Assembly: GCF_001194135.2 (NCBI RefSeq)
Contig: NC_068988.1
Location: forward strand, 3,005,425-3,069,424
DNA length: 64,000 nt
Reading direction: 5' to 3'
From: Octopus bimaculoides
Lineage: Eukaryota
Made by a program: the position numbers and the translations under genes. The notes beneath the pieces were generated by a model. The model did no database searches. It saw only the letters and a program-made list of their open reading frames with translations, and had not been told where the DNA came from. Shown here one piece after another: positions 37,718-49,700 of the stretch; the first letter of the stretch is position 1; the number at the start of each line of letters is the position of its first letter.

Positions 37718-37921
37718 AATGGTTTCAAACTTCAGTATAAGGCCAGCAATTTTAGGGGAGAAATAAATCAATAACATTGACACTAGAGCACAACTGGGAG
37801 CTTATCAACCCCAAAAGGATGAATGACCAAGTTGACCTTGGCAGAATTTGTACTCAAAATGTAACGAAGCAAAAGAAATTCTACTAATCACTTTATCTAG
37901 CATGCTAATGATTCTGCCAGC
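37718..37921 (-). mobile_element. SINE S2
   Basis: Reverse complement of the S2 head (GCTGGCAGAATCATTAGC) through tail. Confidence 0.8.
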
Positions 37922-37924
37922 AGA

Positions 37925-39460
37925 TTTTTATCAAGAACTGGATGAAAATATAATGGAAATCAACCCAACAATAAGAAAAGTGGTAGAAGTCTGGAGAGGA
38001 ATATGGTCAACAAAGAATCCTTTTAAGCAAAACTATTCAAAACAACAAACACAGCAGCCAAACCATGGTAGGAGATCAGAACCACACATAATTCACAGAC
38101 TACAAAAAAAAAAAACAACTGGACTGGACCAGGATATAGGGTTTCAAATTTCAGGTTAAAATATTTAACAGGTTCACATAAGATTTTAGCAGACAAGTTT
38201 AATAAGAGATTGATAGAACCAGAGACAACATTTGGCAGTGAAAAGCCATTTTAATCCTCAAGACTAAAGAAACAGCAAATCTTAGCAAACTATACAACTC
38301 TGTAAACTGTCTTCCTGTGGTGTAAAGTCTTCATGACAGCGATATTGGGAAGAATAAACAAGCTGTTTACAGAAGAGTGAAAAAAAATGCAGCAAAGGTT
38401 TATATTGCACAAGAGAAAAAAAATCGAAAGAAAAAAAAAATGGACTGACTGAGCAAATCATAACCAAAACTACATAAAACGAGAAAAAAAACCTAGGTTG
38501 TCTGTTTGAAGGGTTTTCACAGTATTCTTCATACCTGGATTTTGGAAACATTAACCATTAGTAAACTAGTGTTATATTTAGTGAACATGCCATGAATAAA
38601 TGGTAAACAGTTTTGCTGATACAGACAAAAGAAGTTATAAAGAATAACCTCCATTCTGTATTACAAAATGACTATTTCAAGAGAACAACCTATCACTGCA
38701 TCATTTCTCTCTGTATTGACATCTTTAACCAACTTTGTAAATAAACCAGACTGGAGCCAGATTCAAATGTTATGAGGAAAAGAGTTAACCATGTTATAGA
38801 GGCGAATGACATCCAGTTCACAACTAGAAACACTGCTACATACATTGTCCAGATTTACCAGAAAATTTTATTTGGATTAGAAAACTGCACCAAAACAACC
38901 TTGAAAAGAGGAGAATTAGTAAAAAGCACTCATGTCATGGTAGAAAAAGAAAGAGAGGAGATGAAAGAATCAAACAAAACATAGTCAACATACACATACT
39001 TAAGACACACAGACAACATACACACACACTTTGTAATCATAGAAGCAGATAGTCTACAAGAGAAACACATTAAAGAAAATTCTAGCAAAGAGTAATATAG
39101 ATGCATTAGATTAGTACTTAAAACAGAGCTAAAGGCAAGACAACCAAATAATAGTCCATAATATTCTAGGTATTACAGTAATAAGTTTTAGTTACAGCAT
39201 TCTCAATTATATGCTAAATAAATTAGCATGACTAGACGGACAAACAAGAAAACTAATGACTGCATTTAGAATATATCACCCAAAGTCTGACATACAAATA
39301 TTATATTTAGTAGAGAATATATCAAGGTAGGGTCTTACGTAACCAGAAAAATGTTATAAAATATCAGCTGTAGGACTACAAAAATATCTTCTAATGAACA
39401 ATGGAAACTAATAAAAATAGCTAGAAAATACAATCAAAACAAAAATTGTTTTCTGTCTTC
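37925..39460 (+). mobile_element. Decayed R4/Dong-clade RT region
   Basis: NFRLKYLTGSHKILADKFNK; FHSILHTWILETL; FGLENCTKTTLKRGELVKS; LDGQTRKLMTAFRIYHPKSDI match R4-type RT and thumb motifs. Confidence 0.8.
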
Positions 39461-39546
39461 GAGGTATCCTAAAAGAGGAACCTGAATAACAGACACTGGT
39501 GAGGGGGAAGGAGAAGAACCAAAATCATGAAGAAGCTAACAATCAA

Positions 39547-39873
39547 CCCTTTTGCATTCAGATTACACTTTTAAACGTAATATTTATTTTATTCACATTG
39601 TTTTGAAATAATCCCGTATTATCTTGTAGCTGTGAGATTTCAGTGTCATTGTAGGCTTGACGTGAAAGGTGGGATCTGACCTGTTTTGATAGAATATTTG
39701 GGCCTAATACAATAATGCGATGCAGGGTGGTTGGTTATTTATTCAGCTGTAATCCCAGAAGCCACTGAGCTGGCCACCTTTTATCCATGACAGCATATTT
39801 AACAATGTGGAACTTTTACTACATTTATTTTCGTATCATTACAACAGATATGGCTGGCTTAAATGCAAAAGGC
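39547..39873 (+). mobile_element. piggyBac-type MITE, degenerate, with about 130-bp internal insertion
   Basis: CCCTTTTGCATTCAGATTAC left end; AAATGCAAAAGGC|TTAA right end. Confidence 0.65.
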
Positions 39874-40193
39874 TTAAAGCTAAAAATAATGCTACCAAAT
39901 ATTATGTTAAAATGAAATAAAGAGAAAGGTTCCTAAATAACCAAGGTAACAGACAAAAAAAAAGTTTAAAAATTGTGTGGAAATAGGACCCGACCACCCC
40001 AAAACTTATTGCATTAGGTGAGGAATACAAGAATCAAAGTTGAGAGCGAAATGATTTTCATTGCAGGCCAGAATGAAAAGATTCACTTTGGAAATGAAAA
40101 CCATATTATAAAGCAAAAGCCATTAAATATCTGCAGAATATGTGGAGGAAGAAACAAGTAATCAGATTGTCTTTGGTTGCCTAGTATCAGCCA

Positions 40194-40250
<57 letters not shown>

Positions 40251-42671
40251 GGGGAGAGAGAGAGTGCATCTGTTCACCTTGATACACATTTAACCCCTAC
40301 AAAACAAACAAACATGATTGAAAACAATCCCTCTGCCTTTGCTATGTCGGAGGTAACAATGATAACAAATTAGAGGGCATTACAAAACGGTAATGTCCTC
40401 TAATATATATATATTCAAAATACTGATATGATAATTTACTTGCCTCAAGATTTTATTAAGCAGGGATTACATTTTAATTTCTATAGTGTTAAGCAGGAGA
40501 GAGAGATAAAACTTTGTTTAAATAGGAACTTTTTACTTGCATTTGAACTTGACACCATGCAACAGGTGTCTATTGAAATAAATGGATTTCATTTCACATT
40601 CCTTCTGCCATTCGAAGCAAAGAATTGCAATGAATGAGGGAGCTTTCATGGAACCAAATCCTCATCAAATCACACCCTACTACCATCTTAAAAATAATTT
40701 CTGACACTCTGAAAGAGAGTCATGGCTGGAATGCATTTGATCATTGGTTAGTTTAATCAGTACTGACTTATGTCTTAACAACATCAACAACTATCGATGC
40801 TGACATAGAAACAGGTGGTCCAGGCGGTTGAAAGGTGATGTGTTGTGGCTAAGAAGGTTACCCATTTTCAAAGGTGTTTCATATCATTGGTTGCACAGTC
40901 AATGTAATAATTCACCGATTCCTGACTTCAAAGATTATTCAACCGATGAGAACACTCAGGTATTCCTTGACAGAAAAGTGCAATGGATCAATGCATGAAT
41001 CATAAATTTTCTGTACAACCTTCATATATGGCGATTCTCAGTTTGCTTGTTATTGTTTGTTGTATTGAGAATACAAGACACACAAAATGTATTTACCTAT
41101 TTTGCTGTCAGTTTGTAAATTCTTAAAAGCTATTTAACTCCCAAGTCTCAAAGGTCTACACAAAGGAATTTTACTGTTACCATTTGCTAACATTTAACAT
41201 AATGCTGATATCTTAGTTTTTCTCAGACATTTCTGGCAGACTGTGGGTGTTATCTATAGTAATTCTTTAGACTTTTCTTCTATTATTTCTTTATTCAAGA
41301 AGACATCTTAGCAATATTTATAGGTAACAAAACACTTTCATATACCTATCCATTATTTAGTTACTTTTGCTCACACTTTACATTCAGTATCAATTTCAAC
41401 ACGTTTAAACTTCACTTTCTTGGTTTATATTATACACAATAGTGGTAGGTTATTGGTCTATATTATGAATGATACTGGTATGATATAGATCTATATTATA
41501 GATGATATTGGTCTGAATTATAAATGGCAGAATTGTCAGCACATTACACAAAACATTTAGTATCTTTACACTCTGAGTTCAAATTCTGACAAGGTCAACT
41601 CTTTCATAGTTTCGGGGTCAATAAAATATGTACCAGTTGAGTACTGGGGTTGATGTAATCAACTAGCCTCCTCCTGTGAAATTGCTGGCCTTGTGCCAAA
41701 TTTCAAAGCCAATATATTATAGATGATATTGGTCTATATAATGGATGGTGTGTATTACACAGATTACCAGTCGGATATATAACTGTTCTTTCACATTGAT
41801 AATGAAATCATTGATTATACACTAACTTTCCATTCATTTCATAAAAGTAATATTTACTATGAAATGTCAAAAAGACTATGTGTGTTCTGAAAAGTTAAAA
41901 TAACTCTTCTGTGATGTAACTGATCCAATTTCAAGACATAATCTTGGAACAAGTCACTTACCAAAAAGTCCAGTTCCAAAATATTCAGTTTGTGTTCTAT
42001 TGAAATGCAAATGTTTTTTTCTTTTCTAGAAAACCTTTCATGAACTTAATGAAATACAGATTAAATGAACAGGAATGGAAATAGATTTTTGGAACTAGGG
42101 ATGCATAAAGATCCATGTGGTTGAGGGTGGTGTGGATTTTGTAAGCCCCTGTGCTTGACTGAAAGGAAGAGGATTGTTACCCTCTTGTATATCTCAAGAA
42201 TTCCTTCAATACAAATAAATATAAATATTTTAAATGGGTTTCTTAATGTAAAATGATTTGTGTATCCAGTAAATTACAAAAGTAATAACTGTTTTCTATC
42301 TCAGAATTTTATCACTCAAACAGCTGCTATTAAAAGATATTAAGAACAATATAAGCATTATCATTATGCAATTATATACAACAATTTAATAAAAGAGATT
42401 TATCATTTCATTTTAATATCTTTGTTTGTGAGTCACATTTACACCCAAACCATAAATGTTTCTCTGGTCTATCAAACTATCAAACTACCATACACCAGGT
42501 TGTGAAGGGTGTTTCACGGCCTTTGCCTGCAATATGGCAGAGGGGAAATATTTCAAGAGGGCTTTCTAGAAACTAAATATAAATATTGTATGGGATCACA
42601 TATTGAAAGGCTTTGATCAGATGAGGATATCCAAGAAATTCAATAGAGAAAAATCCATCTAAAATTGTTTA

Positions 42672-42883
42672 ACTCTTAAACATCCAAACCAGCCCAAATA
42701 TTTCACCTCTTTTCTGTTCAAACTGGTCTGATCCAACTTCTCACGCCTTCTCTACAAAGTCATTCTAAAAATAAACAATTACATCGTTGAAGTTATGAAT
42801 CTATGAAATAATGCTTGATTAAGTCAAAACAATATGAATAAATAAGCAGTACATTTGAAAGAGTAATCTGAATGCTAAAAGGG
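42672..42883 (-). mobile_element. piggyBac-type MITE, reverse orientation
   Basis: TTAA on both flanks; interior is the reverse complement of 58551-58770. Confidence 0.8.
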
Positions 42884-43186
42884 TTAAGGAAAAAAGAAAA
42901 ACACTCAAAGGCAACTCCAATAAAATATGTTGATAAAAATTTTGGATGTTAACAAAATAGACTGGAGTGTATTTGGGTTTTAAATCCAACTGGTGAAAAT
43001 AGCAGACATGTTCCTGTGTACTTGGAGCTTTTCAGTGAAACATTCTACTCAGTTGGTAACAATAAGAATGAACATTATGTACATGCATATATTGGAAAAT
43101 TACTATTTGTAAATCTCACAATGAGAGATATTCAACAAGAGTACTTTTGAGTAAAGATTGTTTGCCACCTCTAGCCGAACAATTTT

Positions 43187-43231
43187 TCTGTGCTGATGAA
43201 GGGAAATAACCTGGAAATCGTGATACACAGA
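43187..43231 (+). ncRNA. Putative minimal type-I hammerhead ribozyme (Penelope-like architecture)
   Basis: TCTGTG|CTGATGA|AGG-GAAATAA-CCT|G|GAA|ATCGTGAT|A|CACAGA: 6-bp stem I, intact CUGAUGA, stem II, GAAA, self-complementary stem III, AUA site. One extra G before G12. Confidence 0.5.
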
Positions 43232-43579
43232 TATTGTTTTGAGCTGAGTGGGGGTGCTAGATTCCCTTGTTCGAAAATACAAGGACACAGATCATGTCAT
43301 ATAGCCAGCTGGAGACGATGTCTCCTGGGGCTAAATTACAGCAACATTCGCCCTAAACTAGGACTACCATGTTATGTTGACAAACAATCTTTACCTCATG
43401 CATATTTTGGTTCGTTCATTTTACATCCTTTTGATTCATACCATCTTAGGTTAGACAGATATATGATAGAAGCATTGTTTTACTGCTGGAAGCCCTTCCT
43501 GTTGCTAACACTACATGAATTCTATTTATAGAACTTCAAATGTGGACAAATATGCACATACACACACATATTTATATAC

Positions 43580-43737
43580 AATGGGCTTCTTTTAGTTTCC
43601 ATCTACCAAATTTACACACAAGGTTTTGTTTGACCAGAGCTATTGTCGAAGACACTTGCCCCATGAGTCATGCAGTGAAACTGAACTCAGGACCATGTGG
43701 TTGGGAAGTGAAATTCTTAATGATGCAGTCATGCCTG
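43580..43737 (-). mobile_element. SINE S1, 5' half only
   Basis: Reverse complement of the S1 head; ends at a CA/TA run. Confidence 0.8.
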
Positions 43738-43843
43738 GGAATATAAATGAAAGCTTGACCTCAGGAGCAAAATATGGTGAAGCATTTCTTTTGGATGAAG
43801 AATGACAAGCAGAAGGAATGGTGAAAAATCCTTTCTTTTGAAG

Positions 43844-43885
<42 letters not shown>

Positions 43886-43889
43886 TAAA

Positions 43890-44240
43890 TACAAAAAAAG
43901 AACAACAACAAACGCAAAAAAATACAATAACGCAAGGACATAGTACATGTAAAGTATTAGCAGACGTTCAGGGAAGGAAAGAAAGATGGTTTAACATTTT
44001 GAGCAATGCTCTTCTTCAAAAACAGAAGAAAGTCCAATAGTTCTGTGGGACGATTTCAGGCGGAAACAATGGGGTGGCCAGGGTTATTGGGTTTATGGAT
44101 GGTGGAGGTATGGGGTGTTCAGACGATGTGGTTAGTGGCGGGGGGAGGGCAGAATAGGAGACGAGGTCATGGATGGTGGAGGACACACGCACTTGGTAGG
44201 AGGGGAGGAGGTGATAGAAGAGGGGGTTTTGAGGCTACCT
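43890..44240 (-). mobile_element. Penelope-like element fragment: RT N-terminal motifs joined to a terminal repeat (pLTR)
   Basis: Minus strand gives TIHDLVSYSALPP..TNHIV.TP, then TIHKPNNPGHPIVSA*NRPTELL, matching the PLE RT pattern PKIHKP.NPGRPIVS...PTE; followed at once by a hammerhead-like motif. Confidence 0.75.
43989..44023 (-). ncRNA. Fossil (probably inactive) minimal hammerhead ribozyme in the PLE terminal repeat
   Basis: GTTT|TTGAAGA|A|GAGC-ATT-GCTC|AAA|ATGT|T|AAAC. Three transitions (C3>T, G12>A, C15.2>T; two at CpG) restore GTTT-CTGAAGA-A-GAGC..GCTC-GAA-ACGT-T-AAAC. Confidence 0.6.
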
Positions 44241-44920
44241 GAGAGCTTCCTCCCTGTCTTTCTCTTTACTCTCTGTCTTTCTCCTTACTGTGATTGGATA
44301 GCTATAAGTTGGTTTCACTTCTTATTAAACATCCCTTCTTTTATAGATTGATAGTATATTACATTCACTACCTGGACATTCTCTTCTTTCTCATTACTAT
44401 AATTACTTCCTATTCCTTTGTGCTTCCTAACGACACAGACACTCCACCTTGCTCCTTACAATGCACTTATAAGCCTTCTCCTCATCAGTTCTGTTGTTTC
44501 TCACCTTCTTGGGGCTCCACTGTCACATCTTTACCTTCCCACAATTGTCACCTTCTGGTATCTGATCCCTGTCTCACAGATTATTGAAGACTTCAACTCA
44601 CAAATGTTCAAACCAACTACAACTACGTTGGTCTCACTAGATTGACTAACGAGTACAAGTAAGGATACTTACTGTCTATTGTTGTCTGGGTTACGGCATA
44701 TGTGATGGATGCCTTCCAAACGACGTATTTTATGGTGAACTGGCATTCATACAGCAGACGTTTGCCTGAAGCTTTGCTGTTAAAGATGACCTCAAGTGTG
44801 ATATTGATATCTTTGACAGTTGTGGAGAAAACTTTTTCGAGATTGGCAACAACAGGTCAGAAGTGGGTGGAGGCAAAATTTATTTCTATTTTATCATTTC
44901 TCACCATGAAATAAATCATA

Positions 44921-44990
<70 letters not shown>

Positions 44991-45065
44991 NNNNNNNNNN
45001 NNNNNNNNNNNNNNNNNNNNNNNNNNNNNNNNNNNNNNNNNNNNNNNNNNNNNNNNNNNNNNNNN

Positions 45066-45124
<59 letters not shown>

Positions 45125-45161
45125 AACAGACAAACAGATAGATAGATATATAGATAGATAT

Positions 45162-45194
<33 letters not shown>

Positions 45195-45856
45195 CAGACA
45201 GACATACACAGTTGTATGTATGTATCAAGCAGTAGTTATGAAATAAACACAAGAGAACAGAGAGAGAGAAGACGACAACAACCTGTATATATCTGTTCCA
45301 CTAAATTCATCTCTAATTTCTCTGCCAATCCTGACATTGTTCATGTGAATAACTTCAAACAGTCTTACAACTGATCTCCACCAAACTTCTCCAGACTTCA
45401 GAGCATTGTCAAAGGGCAATCGGTACATTAAAGTTGTTTTTCAACTATAAAATTCTCTTGAAGTTATTTTGTTAGAAACATAGCATTGGTGATTGTACAG
45501 AATAGATAAAGACAAAACCAGAACCATCTTGCCTACCATATTTCCATTTGGAACTAAATTTCTTTAATATCTCCATGAATATGAATCTTCTTTGGTTATA
45601 TAATTTTTGGATCTTTCAGTAGTTGAGGCTGAGTCTATTCATCGACCCCCAGTTGCTCAACTGGTTCTTATTGGCAGAAGTTGACCTCGGCAGGATTTGA
45701 ACTCAGAATGTAGTGATGGATAACATGCCACTAAGCATTTTTCCCAGCATGCTGACCATTCTGCCAGCTTCCCACACTACATCATCTTAATACTACTGTC
45801 ATCCATTTCTAGTTTATGGGAAACATAAACCCATGCTATCATGGAAAGCAGATGTT

Positions 45857-45947
45857 AAATGATGATGATGAGGATGATGATGAGAATGATGATGATGAGG
45901 ATGATGATGAGAATGATGATGATGAGGATGATGATGAGGATGATGAC
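45857..45947. repeat. (GAT)n tail with a 27-bp higher-order period (GATGATGATGAGGATGATGATGAGAAT)
   Basis: Read directly; follows an RTE-tail fragment at about 45825-45857. Confidence 0.8.
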
Positions 45948-47989
45948 AATATAACCCCTTTGGAATGTAGAATGTTTCTCATCAAAGTCTTTGTTGAGAT
46001 ATATGTATGCGTATGTGTATATGTTTGTGTATGTACAAATTTATGGCAGCTGAGATTGACAAGCAACCACAGATGGTATGTAAGCAAATGTCAGTTCAAT
46101 CCTCCTGCCACTCAGGAGCCAAATGTTTGTGACTTTGAGGTATCCACTGAAGATACGGAATGGTTTCCAATATTGCAGTAACTTTAGCCAACATCAAGAG
46201 AAGAACTTGCAGCATCTTTAAGTCACTCCTGCAGTTTCTGCATGTGTCAAAGCATCTCTGATATTTATTTCATGTGTGTGTCTGTGTGCACGTGCATGTG
46301 CATGTGTGTGTGTGTGTGTGTATACATGCGCATGTGTGTTGAGTATGTACATGTGATGTTTCTGTTCCGAAGTCCCAAGTGATTTCATTATTTATAGAGG
46401 AATGGATCGATCAATTCACTTATTGGGGTCTTAGTTATGAAACCAGTTTGTATCTGAGATTAAATCCAGCTTGATTCCAGATCTTAATCAGATTTTATCA
46501 TATCTTAAGTATTATATATCCTGCTTATTCCAATAACCCATAACCATGACTCCAAACAAGCAGAAATCTGACCATCTTCCGGTCAGATTTATGGAATTCA
46601 ATATCATCAGGAGCAAAATATTTATAAATTTAGTTGAACTGTAAGTGGCTTGGCGAAGTGAAGAAAATTGGAAATGATTTTGACGTAAATATCTGTTAAG
46701 CAGCTGCTCTGTACTTGTAAGGTCACCAGTAAAATGATTTCATTTCATTTCAGTTAGAGCATGTTCACACTACACAAATTTTTGTGCTGGTATTTAAGAC
46801 ATTTATCCAACTTACAGTAATAACAGCTTTTTTTGTATTTTATGTTCAAATTTTAATCTTCATTTTTAGCAATTTCCTTACAGGAACATTTATACCAACA
46901 TAACTGAATGTTGTACACCTCAATTACTTTATTCCGTCATTAAAATAATGATTACATAGCTTCAATATAATGAACAACAATACATTGTTAGAAAAGAACA
47001 AATACAGTAGCCATGTTTCAACAAAAACAGGGAAAAGTATGAAACAAATTCTTTAAAATTATTCTTTTGCCGAAAAATTCAATTTGATGCTGAATCAATG
47101 TTGTTCAGTGTTTTTGCTTTTCCTTGTTAAGTGTGTAAATGCTATGGGCCTTTATACATACATACTTACATACATACATACATACATACATACACACAAA
47201 CATACATACATACATACATACATACACATATACATACATGCATACATACATATTTATTAAGTATATATAATATATATACATGTATGTATACTTGTATGTG
47301 TATATACACATGTATATACACACACACACACACACACACGCATATTCAACTAGGTAGATGGGTAGAGAGACAGACAGGCACAGAGACACATAGACAGATA
47401 CAGCTTCTCCCTATTGTGAATTTCATCCAATTACTGTGTGGGTTTTTTTTTTGACTGAAGGTTTATACAAGCAAATATTTGTTCATTTCTTTAGATCTGC
47501 CTGACAATTAAAACAAAAAAAAAAACACAACACAAAACTAAACAAATCAAACAAAAATATCACTGCAATAAACAACCATACTTGTAAAGCCAGACATATG
47601 TTTTACCAAAACAAAATGCTGTGATATGCAACATTAACAGAAGCGCCAGCAACAATTACAGCAATTCATTCTTTACTGATATTATAAACCAAATGGAACT
47701 ATTGAACACTAGTTATCTCCGAACAAAGGATACATTCTTGCCAGAGGAATATATCTAGGAAACAGCATGCAGAAAAGAAACATACCTCTGCTTTTCAAAA
47801 ATGATGGAATCTTTCAAAGGCAATGACTGGTGTATTTGGAGGAATTCTTTACTGATGTGTTACAGGTCATGTATTCCATCAACTAAAGTGGGGTTTTTGG
47901 AAGTGTCAAGGTTTTGGGTCCAAGGATGAGGCAAAAAGAAAAACGTTTCCTGATCTAATGCAGCTATAATATTCATTCCTGACCTTTTC

Positions 47990-48900
47990 TTTTATCCGTG
48001 AATTGCATTAATTAATTTCCAGCCATTAGTCTGCTTTTGTTGCAATATTCTGATCTCAGGTTCTTTGTCTTACAGAATGTTAACGTTCCAAATTAATTTT
48101 CTCCTTTCCAAAGTTATCTTGGCACCTATTTTTCTAATTCAGATTTCATATAAATTTCTCTGTTATATCTGTGTACTGTCTGAGGCAGAGTTTCTAGTTG
48201 TTTGTTTTCTTCAGTGTACAATTTGAGGTGGTTCATATACAATAGACAGTTACCATCCATGGCTAATGAAGTTAGTATTAGTTTATAGCAGAAAAATAGT
48301 GAAGGGAGTCCTCTTCGAAGTAATGATATGGAATTTGTTTTCCCAATGTCAGCTGTATGATTGATGCTGGAGGAGAAGGAGATGGTAATGATGAGTATTA
48401 GTCATCAAGTTCTGGTTTTAACATTATAACTGCATTTTGCAAAACTGTCTGAAAGTCAGAAATATCTTGAATTCATTATTTTGGGTTATTCTATTTTGCT
48501 GAGAGTTTTATCATTAATGATGCTTTCGGTTTTGTTGTTATCTACCAAATATAGAGTCAAATGTTTTGCACAGAATTCTTCACTGAAACAATATTGGTTA
48601 TCTTGTACTGTAATGGAGTAAGAGATGTCAAACAGAGGAACTTCTTCTAAGATGTTTCTTCAAGTTCCATATTCTGTAGAGAGCACTGATGGTTTCTACT
48701 TCTTGGATTTTACAAATGAAAATGTGATTAAGGCTGACCAATGTTAAGATCTCTTTACAAAATCTTCAAAGAACAACATGGCTTCTTTCAGGCACCCATT
48801 TGTATTTTGGTTAATGTATTATTTGTTTTAGTAAGGAACAATGAGGAACCCTTATAAAACCACCTGACACCAAAGTTCACAAGTAACCAGTTTCTCATTC
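47990..48900 (-). mobile_element. Decayed R4/Dong-type RT fragment
   Basis: Minus strand gives GKTNSISLLR..SLFFCYKLILTSL and NHLKLYTEENKQLETLPQTVHRYNREIYMK (DDLKLYAKN..L..L..V..FS.DI.MKFG-like). Confidence 0.55.
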
Positions 48901-49551
48901 TTCATCTGCTCCAACATTTTAACATCCTTTCCTTCATGTTGATTCTAACAGATTCCCACCAATAACAATTTCACATTTTACCATTCTCATTAACTTATTT
49001 ATCCTCAAAAACCATATTTATTTGCAATTGTTTTGGTATTCATACACCAAATTTATTTACTAATAGGTTATCAAACTAAATCATTGCTTTATTTTGAATC
49101 CAGCATTGAGAGTGAAGGGGAAAAGAAGAGAGGACTGATTCACATTTTGCAACCTTAGCCAGGTTGTTTCATTTGCAAATAAAGGACTGTTATTTTGTTC
49201 TACTTGTATTCATTGTAGTGACAGGATATACACTCCACTGGGTACATGTGACATTTCCTTCATTGTTTGTTTGCCCTTTATATCTGATCACAACCTTCAT
49301 TCACTTGGTAGTTTGTCTACATCTTGGAATTAACTCGTTCATCATCTACTTGGTTCATGTCTATTTTCTCACTTGCACATTAACAACAGAAGCAGATACA
49401 TTGTAACAAGGCATTATGTTTATGTGGAAAATTGTGTGTCTGCTAAGAGGAAGAGACTGCAAGTGTATACAATCCAAAACTCCAGGAATTCAAACAGACA
49501 AACTTTCAAATAATAAAATACCTGGAATTGCATATTAAAAATAATTATCGT

Positions 49552-49700
49552 ATTTTTTCTTTTTTTCTTTTTAATACATCATCATCATCATCGTTTAAAA
49601 TCCACTTTCCATGCTCCAACCCATGCTAGCATGGAAAGCGGACGTTAAACGACGACGATGATGATGATGATGTATTAAAAAGAAAAAGCAGAAAAAAGAA
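49552..49700. repeat. Fold-back of an RTE 3' terminus together with its flank
   Basis: Left arm TTTTTCTTTTTAATACATCATC...TTTCCATGCT; loop CCAACCCATGCT; right arm AGCATGGAAAG...GATGATGTATTAAAAAGAAAAA. Confidence 0.85.
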
